Source of the DNA: Verrucomicrobiota bacterium | GTDB lineage: Bacteria; Verrucomicrobiota; Verrucomicrobiia; Limisphaerales; UBA11358 | NCBI GenBank assembly: GCA_049521735.1 | Contig: JBEKON010000009.1 | Location: 1 to 54,077 of the forward strand | Reading direction: 5' to 3' | DNA: 54,077 bases | Position numbers and translations under genes: made by a program | The notes under the pieces: model-generated | The model's database searches: none | What the model was told of the DNA's origin: nothing | The model's input: the letters and a program-made list of their open reading frames with translations, nothing else | In this document: in pieces, positions 9,111 to 18,472 of the stretch | Layout: each line of letters begins with the position of its first letter | How positions within the stretch are numbered: the first letter of the stretch is position 1

Positions 9111-9817
9111 GTGCGGCATTACGTTTGCGCAGTGGGCACTTCACGTCAAACCGTTCCAGGATCCACTTCGACTGACGGCGAACCGCTGCTCCGGCCCGCA
9201 TTTGTCACAACCCGCTGGTCGGTGGTACTGGCGGCCGGTCGCAGCGACACCCCGCACGCACGCGCGGCGCTGGAGAAACTCTGCCAGGCCTATTGGTATC
9301 CACTCTATGCCTACGTGCGGCGGCGCGGACATTCGCCGGAGGACGCCCAGGACCTGACGCAAACATTTTTCACGCGACTGCTGGAGCGGAATTGGGTGGG
9401 TAATGCCGACCAGCAGAAGGGGCGGTTCCGATCCTTCCTGTTGTCGGCCATGAATCATTTTCTTGCCGACGAATGGGACAAGGCGCGGGCGCAGAAACGC
9501 GGCGGCGGTGTGCCGCCCGTGCCGCTGCAATTCGACACGGCGGAAACCCGTTACGGCCATGAACCGGTTGACAACATCACGCCGGAACAAAGCTACGAAC
9601 GGCGCTGGGTCCCTGTCTGGTCGGTGAGCGCACCGCCCAACCTTACGCCGAATTGGGCGCAAAGCTCGGCGTCAGCGAGGGCACGGTGAAGGCCGCCGTG
9701 CACCGTCTGCGCCAGCGTTACCGCCAGTTGCTGCGGGACGAAATTGCCCAGACGGTGGCCGAACCGGGCGAAGTGGACGAGGAATTGCACCACCTGTTCG
9801 CCGTGCTGGCGGGGTGA
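9111..9817 (+). pseudogene. ECF-type sigma-70 family factor (kinase-associated type), reading frame broken between region 2 and region 4
   Basis: Frame 0 reads TTRWSVVLAAG..YWYPLYAYVRRRGHSPEDAQDLTQTFF..RFRSFLL..QKRGGG..EQSYERRW, then nonsense to a TGA at 9689. Frame +2 from 9602 reads ALGPCLVGERTAQPYAELGAKLGVSEGTVKAAVHRLRQRYRQLLRDEIAQTVAEPGEVDEELHHLFAVLAG* (stop 9815-9817), which is a sigma region-4 HTH. Confidence 0.7.
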
Positions 9818-9936
9818 AAAGTGTTGAATCGTCACATCGGTGGTACACTGCAATCGAAGTTTGTTTAACGGTTTAATAATTTTATGCGCAACCTTTTGCC
9901 GCCGTTTCCTAAGTAAAGAGTGGAAGAACGAATTAT

Positions 9937-12900
9937 ATGGAAACGAAGAAAATTTGTCCGAACTGCCGGAAGCCGTTGCCGCCGGACGTGCCGTTGGGAC
10001 TGTGTCCGGAGTGCCTCATCAAATCCGGCTTCCCCACCGGGACTGAACCGGGAACGGCGGGCGAGGCTGCCGGCACGCGGTTTGTGCCGCCGCCGGTCGC
10101 GGAAATCGCACAGCTTTTTCCACAACTCGAAATCCTTCGCCTCATTGGCCAGGGCGGCATGGGGGCGGTTTACAAGGCCCGGCAGCCGACGCTGGACCGC
10201 TTTGTCGCGTTGAAGGTATTGCCACCGGTGGTGGCCAGCGACCCAGGTTTCGCCGAACGGTTCAACCGCGAGGCGCGCGCCTTGGCGCGTTTGAATCACC
10301 CAAATATCGTGGCCGTGCATGACTTCGGCAAGGCGGGCGCATTGCCTTATCTGCTGATGGAATTTGTGGATGGAGCTAATCTGCGCGAGGTTGAACAGGC
10401 CGGAGAACTGACGCCGGAAAAAGCACTGGCCATTGTGCCGCAAATCTGCGAGGCGCTCCAGTTCGCCCACAACGAAGGCATCGTCCACCGCGACATCAAG
10501 CCGGAAAATCTGCTGCTGGATAAAAAGGGCCGGGTGAAAATCACGGACTTCGGCATCGCGAAAATTGTTGGGGCGCCTGCCGGCAAGGTTTCGCTGACGG
10601 GCGTCAAGGACGTGGTGGGCACGCCGCATTACATGGCGCCGGAACAGATCGAGAAGCCGCAGACGGTGGATCATCGCGCGGACATTTATTCGCTGGGGGT
10701 TGTGTTCTACGAAATGCTCACCGGCGAACTGCCATTGGGAAAATTTCAGCCGCCGTCGAAGAAGGTCCAGATCGATGTGCGGCTGGACGAAGTTGTTTTG
10801 CACACGCTGGAAAAGGAACCTTCGCGCCGTTACCAGCAGGTGAGCCAGGTGAAGACGGACGTGGAGACAATTGCGGGAACGGCGCCGGTGGATACCGAAA
10901 CATTGACTCGGGAAATTCTGTCTCGGGACTATGTTTTAGACATTGGCAGTTGCCTGAGCCGCGGTTGGGCGTTGCTGCAAAATAATTTTTGGCCGGTCGT
11001 GGGCATCACCGCGCTGATCGTGTTGCTGCGGCACGCAGCTGATTCCTCCTTGATAGGCATTGTGGTCGGTGGTCCGCTCATGGGCGGATTGTGGTTGTAT
11101 TACCTGAAGAAGATCCGCGGAGAGCAGGCAGGCTTGGAGACAGTCTTTTCCAGCTTTAGCATCGCCTTTCTGCATCTCTTCCTCGCCGGCCTGATCACCA
11201 TGGTGTTGACGGTGCTTGGAATTATCTGCCTGATATTGCCCGGCATTTATCTGGCGATTGCCTGGCTGTTCACCCTGCCCCTGGTCATTGACAAACGGCT
11301 CGATTTCTGGCCGGCAATGGGGTTAAGCCGCAAGACAATCTCCAAACATTGGTGGAAATTCCTCGGATTCATAATCATCCTGGGCTTGATTAATCTGGCG
11401 GGGCTCCTGGCCTGTTTTGTGGGGCTTCTCATCACCGTTCCCCTTTCCCTGGCCGCGATGATGTATGCCTACGAAGACATCTTCGGCCCGACCAGCCGTA
11501 CAGCCAGCCTGCTGGCATCTGACACCGTCCAAGCCAAGGCGACTGCGTTGGCGGGAACATCGGCAAAATCACCCCGTTCAAACGACGGAACTTGGAAGGT
11601 TGTCGTAATCGCCGCAGCGGCAGCAATGCTGATTCTGGCCATTTTGTTCGGCGCATTGTTCGTGCCCGCATTGAGCAAGGCCCGGCAGCGCGCTGCCATG
11701 CATCAAGCGACCGCCAACTTCATGGTTCGCGGGGTCGTCAGCGACGCCGCTACCGGCAAACCCATTGCCGGCGCACGGGTGGCGGACAACATCTACGGCG
11801 CGCGCACCAACCGAACCCCGCGGGAAGCTTGGACCGATGCAACCGGCCGCTACGAACTGAAGACGTGGTATGAGGAGCACTCCATTGCCGCTTCTGCGCC
11901 CGGTTACGAAACCAAACTGGCCACGCTCTTCACCAAACCTTTGGGCAAAAAGAAAGAAGCACAGATGGATTTCCAGTTGCAACCGGCCCGGGCGAACGCT
12001 CCGGCCACCAATGGGGATTCCAGCATGGCTTTGAACATTTCATCACCGGAACCAACCGCCATTCCCCCAGCGGCGCCAAGACCACCCACGACGCATCCGG
12101 GAAAAGTCATCGGCAATCTTTCGACATCGGACCCTTACCAGCAGGATTTCAACCAGACTCTGCTGCTTTCCGCCAATGGCCGATTGCGCCTCGATAATGT
12201 CAACGGCCGTATCGAAATCTTCGGCTGGGACCGTAATGAAGTCTCCATCAAAGCCCTCAAGCACGGCAAAACCCAGGAAAGCGTCGAAGACACCAAAATC
12301 GTTGTTGATTCGTCACCGGATGAAATTGCCATCCACACGGAACAGCCGTCCAGCCAGAACGGACCTTTCGGGACTTGGTCATGGCTCATGAACGGCGGTA
12401 TCAAAATGGCGACGGTGGATTACGTCATCCAGGTTCCACGAAGCACGCGCCTCAAGGAAATTACCAGTGTCAATGGGCGCATCGCGATTGAAGACGTCAA
12501 CGGCGATATCGAAGCGTCCACTGTCAATGGTGAAATGCAGGTCGCGGGAACAGCGGGCGATTTGGAACTTTCCACCGTCAACGGCCGGATTGCCGCGGAA
12601 CTGGTTTCCCTCGGACGCGGTCAATCGGTTTCGTTCGACAGCGTCAACGGCAAAATCGAGGTCACCTTGCCTGCCAACGCGAACGCCGAAGTTTCGGCCG
12701 ACGTAGTCAACGGCAGCATCACCAGCGAATTTCCCGCCTTGGCGGTTCAAAAGGAATTTCCGTTAGGTAAAAAACTGAAGGGAACACTCGGCAACGGCGG
12801 CGCCAGTGTCAAAGCCAACGCGGTCAATGGCCGCATCAGCTTCCGGATGGGCCAGGATGCGCAAAAATCCGGTGTTAAACAGTCCGAAACGGAAGACGCG

Positions 12901-13242
12901 GGTCAAACCGTCGCCGGGCTGCAGCCGGTTGTCGTCGAAACGCAGCCCGTTTCCGGCGCACGCGACGTGGAACCGGGTGTCACCGAAATTCGAGTGCGGT
13001 TCAGCAAGGAAATGGAGGATGGCTCGTGGAGTTGGTCCACCGCATGGGAAAATTCCGCGCCGGAAATCATCGGCCAGCCATATTACGAATCCGATGGCCG
13101 GACCTGCGTGGCGAAAGTGAAACTGGAACCGGGGCGAACTTACGCCTGGTGGCTGAACAGCGACAAATTCAAGAATTTCACCGACTTGGCCGGTCGGCCG
13201 GCGGTTCCCTATTTGCTGATTTTCCAGACGAAACAAAACTGA
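9937..13242 (+). CDS. Multidomain Ser/Thr protein kinase: zinc ribbon, kinase domain, polytopic membrane region, CarboxypepD_reg-like domain, DUF4097-like beta-helix and a C-terminal Ig-like domain
   Basis: 1101 aa. Features in order: CPNCRK..CPECL; kinase motifs GQGGMGAVYKA, HRDIKPENLLL, DFGIA and GTPHYMAPE; several TM helices; repeated VNG(R/K/D/E/S)I strands; a C-terminal domain paralogous to ORF 13261..13674. Confidence 0.9.
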   Translation: METKKICPNCRKPLPPDVPLGLCPECLIKSGFPTGTEPGTAGEAAGTRFVPPPVAEIAQLFPQLEILRLIGQGGMGAVYKARQPTLDRFVALKVLPPVVASDPGFAERFNREARALARLNHPNIVAVHDFGKAGALPYLLMEFVDGANLREVEQAGELTPEKALAIVPQICEALQFAHNEGIVHRDIKPENLLLDKKGRVKITDFGIAKIVGAPAGKVSLTGVKDVVGTPHYMAPEQIEKPQTVDHRADIYSLGVVFYEMLTGELPLGKFQPPSKKVQIDVRLDEVVLHTLEKEPSRRYQQVSQVKTDVETIAGTAPVDTETLTREILSRDYVLDIGSCLSRGWALLQNNFWPVVGITALIVLLRHAADSSLIGIVVGGPLMGGLWLYYLKKIRGEQAGLETVFSSFSIAFLHLFLAGLITMVLTVLGIICLILPGIYLAIAWLFTLPLVIDKRLDFWPAMGLSRKTISKHWWKFLGFIIILGLINLAGLLACFVGLLITVPLSLAAMMYAYEDIFGPTSRTASLLASDTVQAKATALAGTSAKSPRSNDGTWKVVVIAAAAAMLILAILFGALFVPALSKARQRAAMHQATANFMVRGVVSDAATGKPIAGARVADNIYGARTNRTPREAWTDATGRYELKTWYEEHSIAASAPGYETKLATLFTKPLGKKKEAQMDFQLQPARANAPATNGDSSMALNISSPEPTAIPPAAPRPPTTHPGKVIGNLSTSDPYQQDFNQTLLLSANGRLRLDNVNGRIEIFGWDRNEVSIKALKHGKTQESVEDTKIVVDSSPDEIAIHTEQPSSQNGPFGTWSWLMNGGIKMATVDYVIQVPRSTRLKEITSVNGRIAIEDVNGDIEASTVNGEMQVAGTAGDLELSTVNGRIAAELVSLGRGQSVSFDSVNGKIEVTLPANANAEVSADVVNGSITSEFPALAVQKEFPLGKKLKGTLGNGGASVKANAVNGRISFRMGQDAQKSGVKQSETEDAGQTVAGLQPVVVETQPVSGARDVEPGVTEIRVRFSKEMEDGSWSWSTAWENSAPEIIGQPYYESDGRTCVAKVKLEPGRTYAWWLNSDKFKNFTDLAGRPAVPYLLIFQTKQN

Positions 13243-13260
13243 AAACCAAGAATTAAAAAT

Positions 13261-13674
13261 ATGAAAACGAAAACATTGCTCGCAACCTTCATCGCTGGCG
13301 CCATTTGTCAGTTCGCACCGCAGCTTTGCCGCGCGCAGGACATTGATTCTATCGCGCCGGTGGTTGTGAAAACCGTGCCCGAGGCCGGCAGCAAAAATGT
13401 TTCGCCCGGTGAGGTCGAAATCAAGGTCACGTTCAGCAAGGAAATGACGGACCAATCCTGGAGCTGGTCGTCAGCCTGGAAAGATTCCACGCCGGAAGGT
13501 ACGGAAAAACCGCATTACGAAGCCGACCACAAAACTTGCGTGCTGAAGGTGAAACTGGAACCTAACAAGACATACGGTTACTGGATCAACAGCCAGAATT
13601 TTCACGGTTTCAAGGACCAGCAAGGTCATTCAGCAGTGCCTTACCTTCTCGTCTTTCAGACCAAAGGAAATTAA
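13261..13674 (+). CDS. Secreted single-domain (Ig-like) protein, paralogue of the kinase C-terminal domain
   Basis: 137 aa with signal peptide MKTKTLLATFIAGAICQFAPQLCRAQ. The rest aligns by eye with kinase residues ~990-1101 (PVVVKTVP..VEIKVTFSKEM.DQSWSWS..KVKLEPNKTY.YW.NS..F..F.D..G..AVPYLLVFQTK). Confidence 0.8.
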   Translation: MKTKTLLATFIAGAICQFAPQLCRAQDIDSIAPVVVKTVPEAGSKNVSPGEVEIKVTFSKEMTDQSWSWSSAWKDSTPEGTEKPHYEADHKTCVLKVKLEPNKTYGYWINSQNFHGFKDQQGHSAVPYLLVFQTKGN

Positions 13675-13747
13675 CCCCAGCCAAATAGGGACAGCCGTAG
13701 TCCGTTGTGCTTGATTTGCGGCAACAGCAGCACCATTCTTGGCGGCA

Positions 13748-14416
13748 ATGAAAATCACCTTTGCCCGAATGGTGCTGCTCTGCTTCGCGTTGGGCTCCGC
13801 TAATTCTGCCATCGCGCAGGATTCCAAGCCTGTCATCACGCCGACGAACCACATCGAGCTTTTCAACGGCAAGGATCTTTCGGGCTGGACGTCTTGCATG
13901 AGGACGAACGGCGATTCGTCGCAGACCTGGACCGTCACCAATGGCGTCATTCATTGTACCGGCAAACCCAGCGGCTACCTCCGCACGCTGCAAAATTATC
14001 GCGATTACCAGCTCACCGTCGAATGGCGCTTCGTCAAAATCGCGCCCAAGGCCGACAACACCGGCGTGCTCGTCCATATGCAATTACCCGACAAAGTCTG
14101 GCCGATGTGCATCCAAAACCAGGGAAAATACAACAACCAGGGTGACTTGATATTTATGGCCGGCGCGGAATCCAAGGAGCATCGCGGCATGGACGCCAAT
14201 ACGCCGGTCCCGAAGCAAGGACCCTCGAATGAAAAACCCGTTGGGGAGTGGGACACGATTCTGACGGTTTGCTCCGGCAACGACGTCAAGGCTTACGTCA
14301 ACGGCAAGTTCATGAATGAAGGAACCGAATGCACCCTCTCTTCGGGTTTCATCGGCTTCCAAAGCGAAGGCGGCGAATTCGAAATCCGCAAAGTGTTCTT
14401 GGACCCGCTGAAATAA
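13748..14416 (+). CDS. DUF1080 (3-keto-disaccharide hydrolase-like) secreted protein
   Basis: ORF 13739..14416. It has a signal peptide, then ELFNGKDLSGW..W.V.NGVI.C.GKPSGYL.T...Y.DYQL.VEWRF...GFIGFQSEGGEFEIRKV, the typical DUF1080 pattern. Confidence 0.85.
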   Translation: MKITFARMVLLCFALGSANSAIAQDSKPVITPTNHIELFNGKDLSGWTSCMRTNGDSSQTWTVTNGVIHCTGKPSGYLRTLQNYRDYQLTVEWRFVKIAPKADNTGVLVHMQLPDKVWPMCIQNQGKYNNQGDLIFMAGAESKEHRGMDANTPVPKQGPSNEKPVGEWDTILTVCSGNDVKAYVNGKFMNEGTECTLSSGFIGFQSEGGEFEIRKVFLDPLK

Positions 14417-14465
14417 ATCTCTGTTGCGGCGGTCTATGACCGTCGCCAACGTTCACAAAGCGCCG

Positions 14466-14783
14466 CTACGCCGGACGCAACTGCACGAGGGTCGCGCCCC
14501 AGCCGCCGAATTGCGGATGATCGAGCGTGAAGGACACCACGGCCGGATGTTTGGCCAGAATCGCGTGTACCGTGCGCCGCAGATTGCCGATGCCCTTGCC
14601 GTGAATGATCCGCACCTGGAGGATGCCGCGCGCCTGACACGCGGCCAAATAATCCGACACGAGGTCCTTCACCTCGCGCGGCTGGAACGTGTGCAAATCC
14701 AGCACTCCGTCAATCGGCAGTTGTACCGGTTCGTCAGCCATATGGATAATATTCCTTACTCGACCATCCGGTGAAAGTTCCAT
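14466..14783 (-). CDS. Smr domain protein
   Basis: [21 protein letters not shown]...G...[16 protein letters not shown] is the Smr pattern. The start may instead be the internal Met at 14741. Confidence 0.8.
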   Translation of the reverse strand: MELSPDGRVRNIIHMADEPVQLPIDGVLDLHTFQPREVKDLVSDYLAACQARGILQVRIIHGKGIGNLRRTVHAILAKHPAVVSFTLDHPQFGGWGATLVQLRPA

Positions 14784-14805
14784 CCTGTTTTTGAAGAAAG
14801 ATCAG

Positions 14806-14872
14806 CCCCCTCACCCGGCCGGTGGCCACCCTCTCCCCGCCCGGCGGGGAGAGGGACGGGGCGAGGGGCACG
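14806..14872. repeat. REP-like palindromic element, family A (CTCTCCCC...GGGGAGAG hairpin)
   Basis: ccctcacccggcc..ctctccccgcccggcggggagagggacggggcgagggg. Related copies occur at 16868, 17391, 19390, 19442, 29605 and 33951. Confidence 0.85.
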
Positions 14873-14912
14873 AAAATTTTTTCCATCATCCCGACCGGAA
14901 TTTGTAATCTCG

Positions 14913-16259
14913 TTATTCTTTTGGTGTTTGCAGCCGTTTCTTCACCCACGCCCTGGCCTGGCGCGGTGTTAATAGTTCATCCTGCAACTGTTTTTCGCGG
15001 ATTTCCGCGAGCAATGCACCCATCGCCGGACCCGGTTTCACGCCCAGTGCAATCAAATCGTTGCCGGTGAGCAACGGCGGTCGAATCGCCGGTTGCTTCT
15101 CCAATTCCGCCGCCTGCGCCATCAGAAATTCGTAATGATCCAGATTGCCGTGCGAGCCGAGGCAATCGAGCCGGTGCAATTCGAGTTCCAGTGGAAATGT
15201 GTCTCGCATCAACAACCGCCGCAGCGTTGCCTTGCGCATCTGTTTCACGTCCTTGAATTGCATGTGCTGCCGCACGCACGCGACAATTTCCTCGATTTGT
15301 TTTTTTGGGAAACGCAGCCGAAGCAAAATTTTTTCCGCCAGCGCCGCGCCGATCTTTTCGTGTTCGCAAAAATGAATTGCAGCGGTTTGCAGATCACGCT
15401 CCGCCGTCACGGGCTTGCCGATGTCATGCAAAATCACCGCCCACGGCAGTGATTCGTGCGCATCCGGCGGCAGTTTCTCCAGCATCAGCCGGATGTGCCC
15501 GAACACGGTGCCTTCGGGATGATAATCCGGCGATTGTTCGCACGAAATCGTTGCCGCGAGTTCGGGCGAAATCAGCTCCAGCAACCCGCTGTCGCGCAAC
15601 AAGACCAAACCGCGCGCGGCATGCGACGGTGAAAATAATTTGATGAGTTCGTCGCGAACACGCTCGGCGCTGATCAGTTGGATTTTCGGCGCAAGCCCTT
15701 TGATGGCGGCAAATGTTTGCGGCTCGATTTCAAAACCCAGTTGCGCGGCAAATCGCACCGCGCGCAACAGGCGCAAATGGTCCTCGGCAAAGCGTTCTTC
15801 CGGCGAACCGATGGTACGGATGATTTTAGCGCGCAAATCCTTTTCGCCGCCGACCCAGTCGTGAAGTTTTTCGGCGATCGGATCGTAAAAAAGCCCGTTG
15901 ACGGTGAAATCGCGTCGCTGCGCGTCGGCTTGCGCGTCGCCGAACGTGACCTGTTCCGGATGCCGTCCATCCCGGTAATCCGCCTCGGCGCGAAAGGTGG
16001 CGACTTGAAATTGATGTTTGTCTTCGACGACAACCATCACGCCGAATTTGCGTCCGACGGCGATGGTGCGTTTGAACAACTTCTCGATTTGTTCCGGGCG
16101 CGCGTCCGTGGCGATGTCGTAATCCTGCGGTTCGCGTCCGAGCAAAAAATCGCGCACACAACCGCCAACCCAAAACGCGGCAAAGCCGGCGGTTTGCAAG
16201 CGGCGGACAATTTCAGCAGCGGTCTCGCGCAGAGAAAAACTCACGGAATTCATTCTCAC
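14913..16259 (-). CDS. cca: tRNA nucleotidyltransferase (CCA-adding)/poly(A) polymerase family enzyme with HD domain
   Basis: GGCVRDFLLGREPQDYDIAT is the nucleotidyltransferase head. VILHDIGKP.. and the later His/Asp residues indicate an HD domain. 448 aa. Confidence 0.8.
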   Translation of the reverse strand: MRMNSVSFSLRETAAEIVRRLQTAGFAAFWVGGCVRDFLLGREPQDYDIATDARPEQIEKLFKRTIAVGRKFGVMVVVEDKHQFQVATFRAEADYRDGRHPEQVTFGDAQADAQRRDFTVNGLFYDPIAEKLHDWVGGEKDLRAKIIRTIGSPEERFAEDHLRLLRAVRFAAQLGFEIEPQTFAAIKGLAPKIQLISAERVRDELIKLFSPSHAARGLVLLRDSGLLELISPELAATISCEQSPDYHPEGTVFGHIRLMLEKLPPDAHESLPWAVILHDIGKPVTAERDLQTAAIHFCEHEKIGAALAEKILLRLRFPKKQIEEIVACVRQHMQFKDVKQMRKATLRRLLMRDTFPLELELHRLDCLGSHGNLDHYEFLMAQAAELEKQPAIRPPLLTGNDLIALGVKPGPAMGALLAEIREKQLQDELLTPRQARAWVKKRLQTPKE

Positions 16260-16402
16260 GCAAAGGCACGAGGGCGCAAAGTTAATTTGGAGTCTTTCAG
16301 TCCGGCGTATTCAAAACCCGGGTCGCGGATTTCACGCAACATCGCGCGGCCGTCGGTGTGACGGTGGGAATTCCAGCAGGTGGAAAATGAATACATGTTT
16401 TA

Positions 16403-16438
16403 ATTGCCGATTGCCGGTTGGCGATTGCGGATTGGCGG
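16403..16438. repeat. Short degenerate tandem array (7-8-nt period)
   Basis: attgccg attgccgg ttggcg attgcgg attggcgg. Confidence 0.7.
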
Positions 16439-16501
16439 ATAAAACAAGAAACCGAACACGACAAAACCTTTGCCGTACCCGGCCTGGTTGCAATGAAAAA
16501 A

Positions 16502-16699
16502 TTACAAATCCGCGTAGCGGGCGGTGAGCATCGCTGAAAAACGCGCGGCTTTTTCCTTGCGGCGGCGTTTTTCACTCGGCTTTTCAAAATGCCGGTGACT
16601 GCGCACGGTCTTGAGCGTGCCTTCGCGGTCGACTTTTTTCTTCAGTCGCCGCAACGCACGATCCACCGGTTCGCCTTTTTTTAATCTAATCTCGGTCAA
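16502..16699 (-). CDS. rpsU: 30S ribosomal protein S21
   Basis: 65 aa: [50 protein letters not shown], the canonical S21 sequence pattern. Confidence 0.9.
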   Translation of the reverse strand: MTEIRLKKGEPVDRALRRLKKKVDREGTLKTVRSHRHFEKPSEKRRRKEKAARFSAMLTARYADL

Positions 16700-16867
16700 C
16701 GCAACTCACTTCCTTCCTCGGGCGGGAAAACCGCACAGGCGGTTGCCGCAAAATAAACGGACGCGGAGAATAATTTTCCCGCGGACAAAGTCAATGTGCA
16801 AAACGGCTCAACAAAAGCCAATCCCGAAAATTGAACAACAAAGGAACAAAGCAACGAAGGTTGAAAT

Positions 16868-16917
16868 CCCCCCTCTCCGCCAACAAAGTTGGGGGAGAGG
16901 GCCGGGAGAGGTGGCAC
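16868..16917. repeat. REP-like element family A (reverse orientation)
   Basis: The reverse complement gtgccacctctcccggccctctcccccaactttgttggcggagaggggg is nearly identical to 19442-19495 and 33951-33999. Confidence 0.85.
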
Positions 16918-16954
16918 GTTTCAAAGCGGTTCCGGTGGAGACTGAATCAATGCA

Positions 16955-17356
16955 TCAGCCTTCGGCGGAAGAAAGCGATAATTTTGCACTTTCCGCCACT
17001 ACAGCCACACAACCCGTTCGCCGATGCAAAGCGTTCCAGATTTCCAACAACACGCCTTCACGGTTGTTTCGCCATTGATGGTTCCAAAAGCGTAATTCTT
17101 CGACATCCTCTGAGGTTAGAAATTTTTCACGCTCCTCGTCACGCTGGCGTTGCTCCGGAAGCCCATGCTGGAACCCATCCAGTTCGATGGATAACTTTGC
17201 GGTGGGACAATAGAAGTCGAGAAAGTATTTCCCCAACGGATGCTGGCGGCGGAATTTGAATCCCACAAAGCGTCCCGCCCGCAGGGCGCGCCACAATTCC
17301 TTTTCTTCGTCGGTCTGTTCACAACGGAGACGGCGGGCATTGCTTGTGGCATTCAT
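16955..17356 (-). CDS. DUF559 (Vsr-like) endonuclease domain protein
   Basis: RRLR...T.EE..LW..LR......KFRRQHP.G.Y.LDFYC....L.IELDG..H...E.R..D..R...L is the typical DUF559 pattern. Confidence 0.85.
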   Translation of the reverse strand: MNATSNARRLRCEQTDEEKELWRALRAGRFVGFKFRRQHPLGKYFLDFYCPTAKLSIELDGFQHGLPEQRQRDEEREKFLTSEDVEELRFWNHQWRNNREGVLLEIWNALHRRTGCVAVVAESAKLSLSSAEG

Positions 17357-17390
17357 AGACGCAGCGTAGATGATAATTTTTTATAGGCAA

Positions 17391-17440
17391 CCCCTCTCCC
17401 TGGCCCTCTTCCCCGCGCTGCGCTGCGAGGAGAGGGAATG
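17391..17440. repeat. REP-like element family A (forward orientation, diverged loop)
   Basis: cccctctccctggccctcttccccgcgctgcgctgcgaggagagggaatg. Confidence 0.75.
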
Positions 17441-17502
17441 AACTCTTCATTTCGGTTGTTCAACCGCCCGCACTCGACAGCCCGCCTTCCGGTTGTTAGC
17501 GT

Positions 17503-18462
17503 TTGGCCATGAATTTTCTGGTCACCGGCGGCGCGGGCTTTATCGGCTCGCACGTTTGCGAGCGTCTGCTGCGCGACGGCCACGCGGTCTGGGCGTTCGA
17601 CGACCTCAACAACTTTTACGATCCGCAACTCAAGCGCCAGAATCTGCGGGAAATCCAATCGCTCGCCAAACCGTTTGAATTCGTTCATGGCGATTTGACC
17701 AACCGCGCCGCGCTCGACGCCCTGTTTGGCAGCGTGAAGTTCGATCAAGTCATTCACCTCGCCGCGCGCGCCGGGGTGCGGCCGAGCCTCCAAAACCCGG
17801 CCCTTTACCAGCGCGTCAACGTGGAAGGCACGGTCAATGTGCTCGAAGCCGCGCGAAAAAATCGCGTCAAAAAAATCATCATCGCCTCGTCGTCGTCGGT
17901 TTACGGCGTGAATTCCAAAGTGCCGTTCAGCGAAAGCGACCCGGTTTTTTCCGCCATTTCGCCCTATGCCGCGAGCAAGCTTGCCTGCGAAGCGCTCGGC
18001 CATGTTTATCACCACGTTTATGGCATGGACGTGGCGGTGCTCCGTTTGTTCACCGTTTACGGCCCGCGTCAGCGACCCGACCTGGCCATCCGCAAATTCG
18101 CGACGCTCATTCACGCCAGCAAACCGATTCCGGTCTTTGGCGATGGCAGCATGGAGCGCGATTATACCTACATCACCGACACGCTTGACGGCATCATCGC
18201 CTGCACAAAAAAGGAATTCAGCTACGAAATTTTCAACCTCGGCGAATCGCAAACCGTGAAGCTGACCCGCCTCATTGAATTGCTTGAAACCGCGCTCGGC
18301 AAAAAAGCCGTGATTGACCGCCAGCCGGTCCAACCCGGCGATGTGCCCGTCACGTTCGCCGACATCTCGAAGGCGCGCGCCAGACTCGGTTACAATCCGC
18401 AGGTCAAAATCGAGCAGGGCATCCTGCAATTTGTGAATTGGTTTCGCCAGGGCCATTGTTAA
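17503..18462 (+). CDS. NAD-dependent sugar-nucleotide epimerase/dehydratase (UDP-glucuronate 4-epimerase-like)
   Basis: FLVTGGAGFIGSH Rossmann motif and YAASKLACE catalytic YxxxK. 319 aa. Substrate assignment is tentative. Confidence 0.85.
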   Translation: MAMNFLVTGGAGFIGSHVCERLLRDGHAVWAFDDLNNFYDPQLKRQNLREIQSLAKPFEFVHGDLTNRAALDALFGSVKFDQVIHLAARAGVRPSLQNPALYQRVNVEGTVNVLEAARKNRVKKIIIASSSSVYGVNSKVPFSESDPVFSAISPYAASKLACEALGHVYHHVYGMDVAVLRLFTVYGPRQRPDLAIRKFATLIHASKPIPVFGDGSMERDYTYITDTLDGIIACTKKEFSYEIFNLGESQTVKLTRLIELLETALGKKAVIDRQPVQPGDVPVTFADISKARARLGYNPQVKIEQGILQFVNWFRQGHC

Positions 18463-18472
18463 TACTGTCGTC

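Noticed and set aside
14822-15070. ORFs built from REP elements (14822..15070, 14734..14949, 16696..16917, 16831..17259, 19359..19604, 29712..30050).
   Set aside because: Their apparent coding sequence (..SPPGGERDGARG.., ..GGEGRERW..) is the translated palindromic repeat or is antisense to real genes. No independent coding evidence exists.
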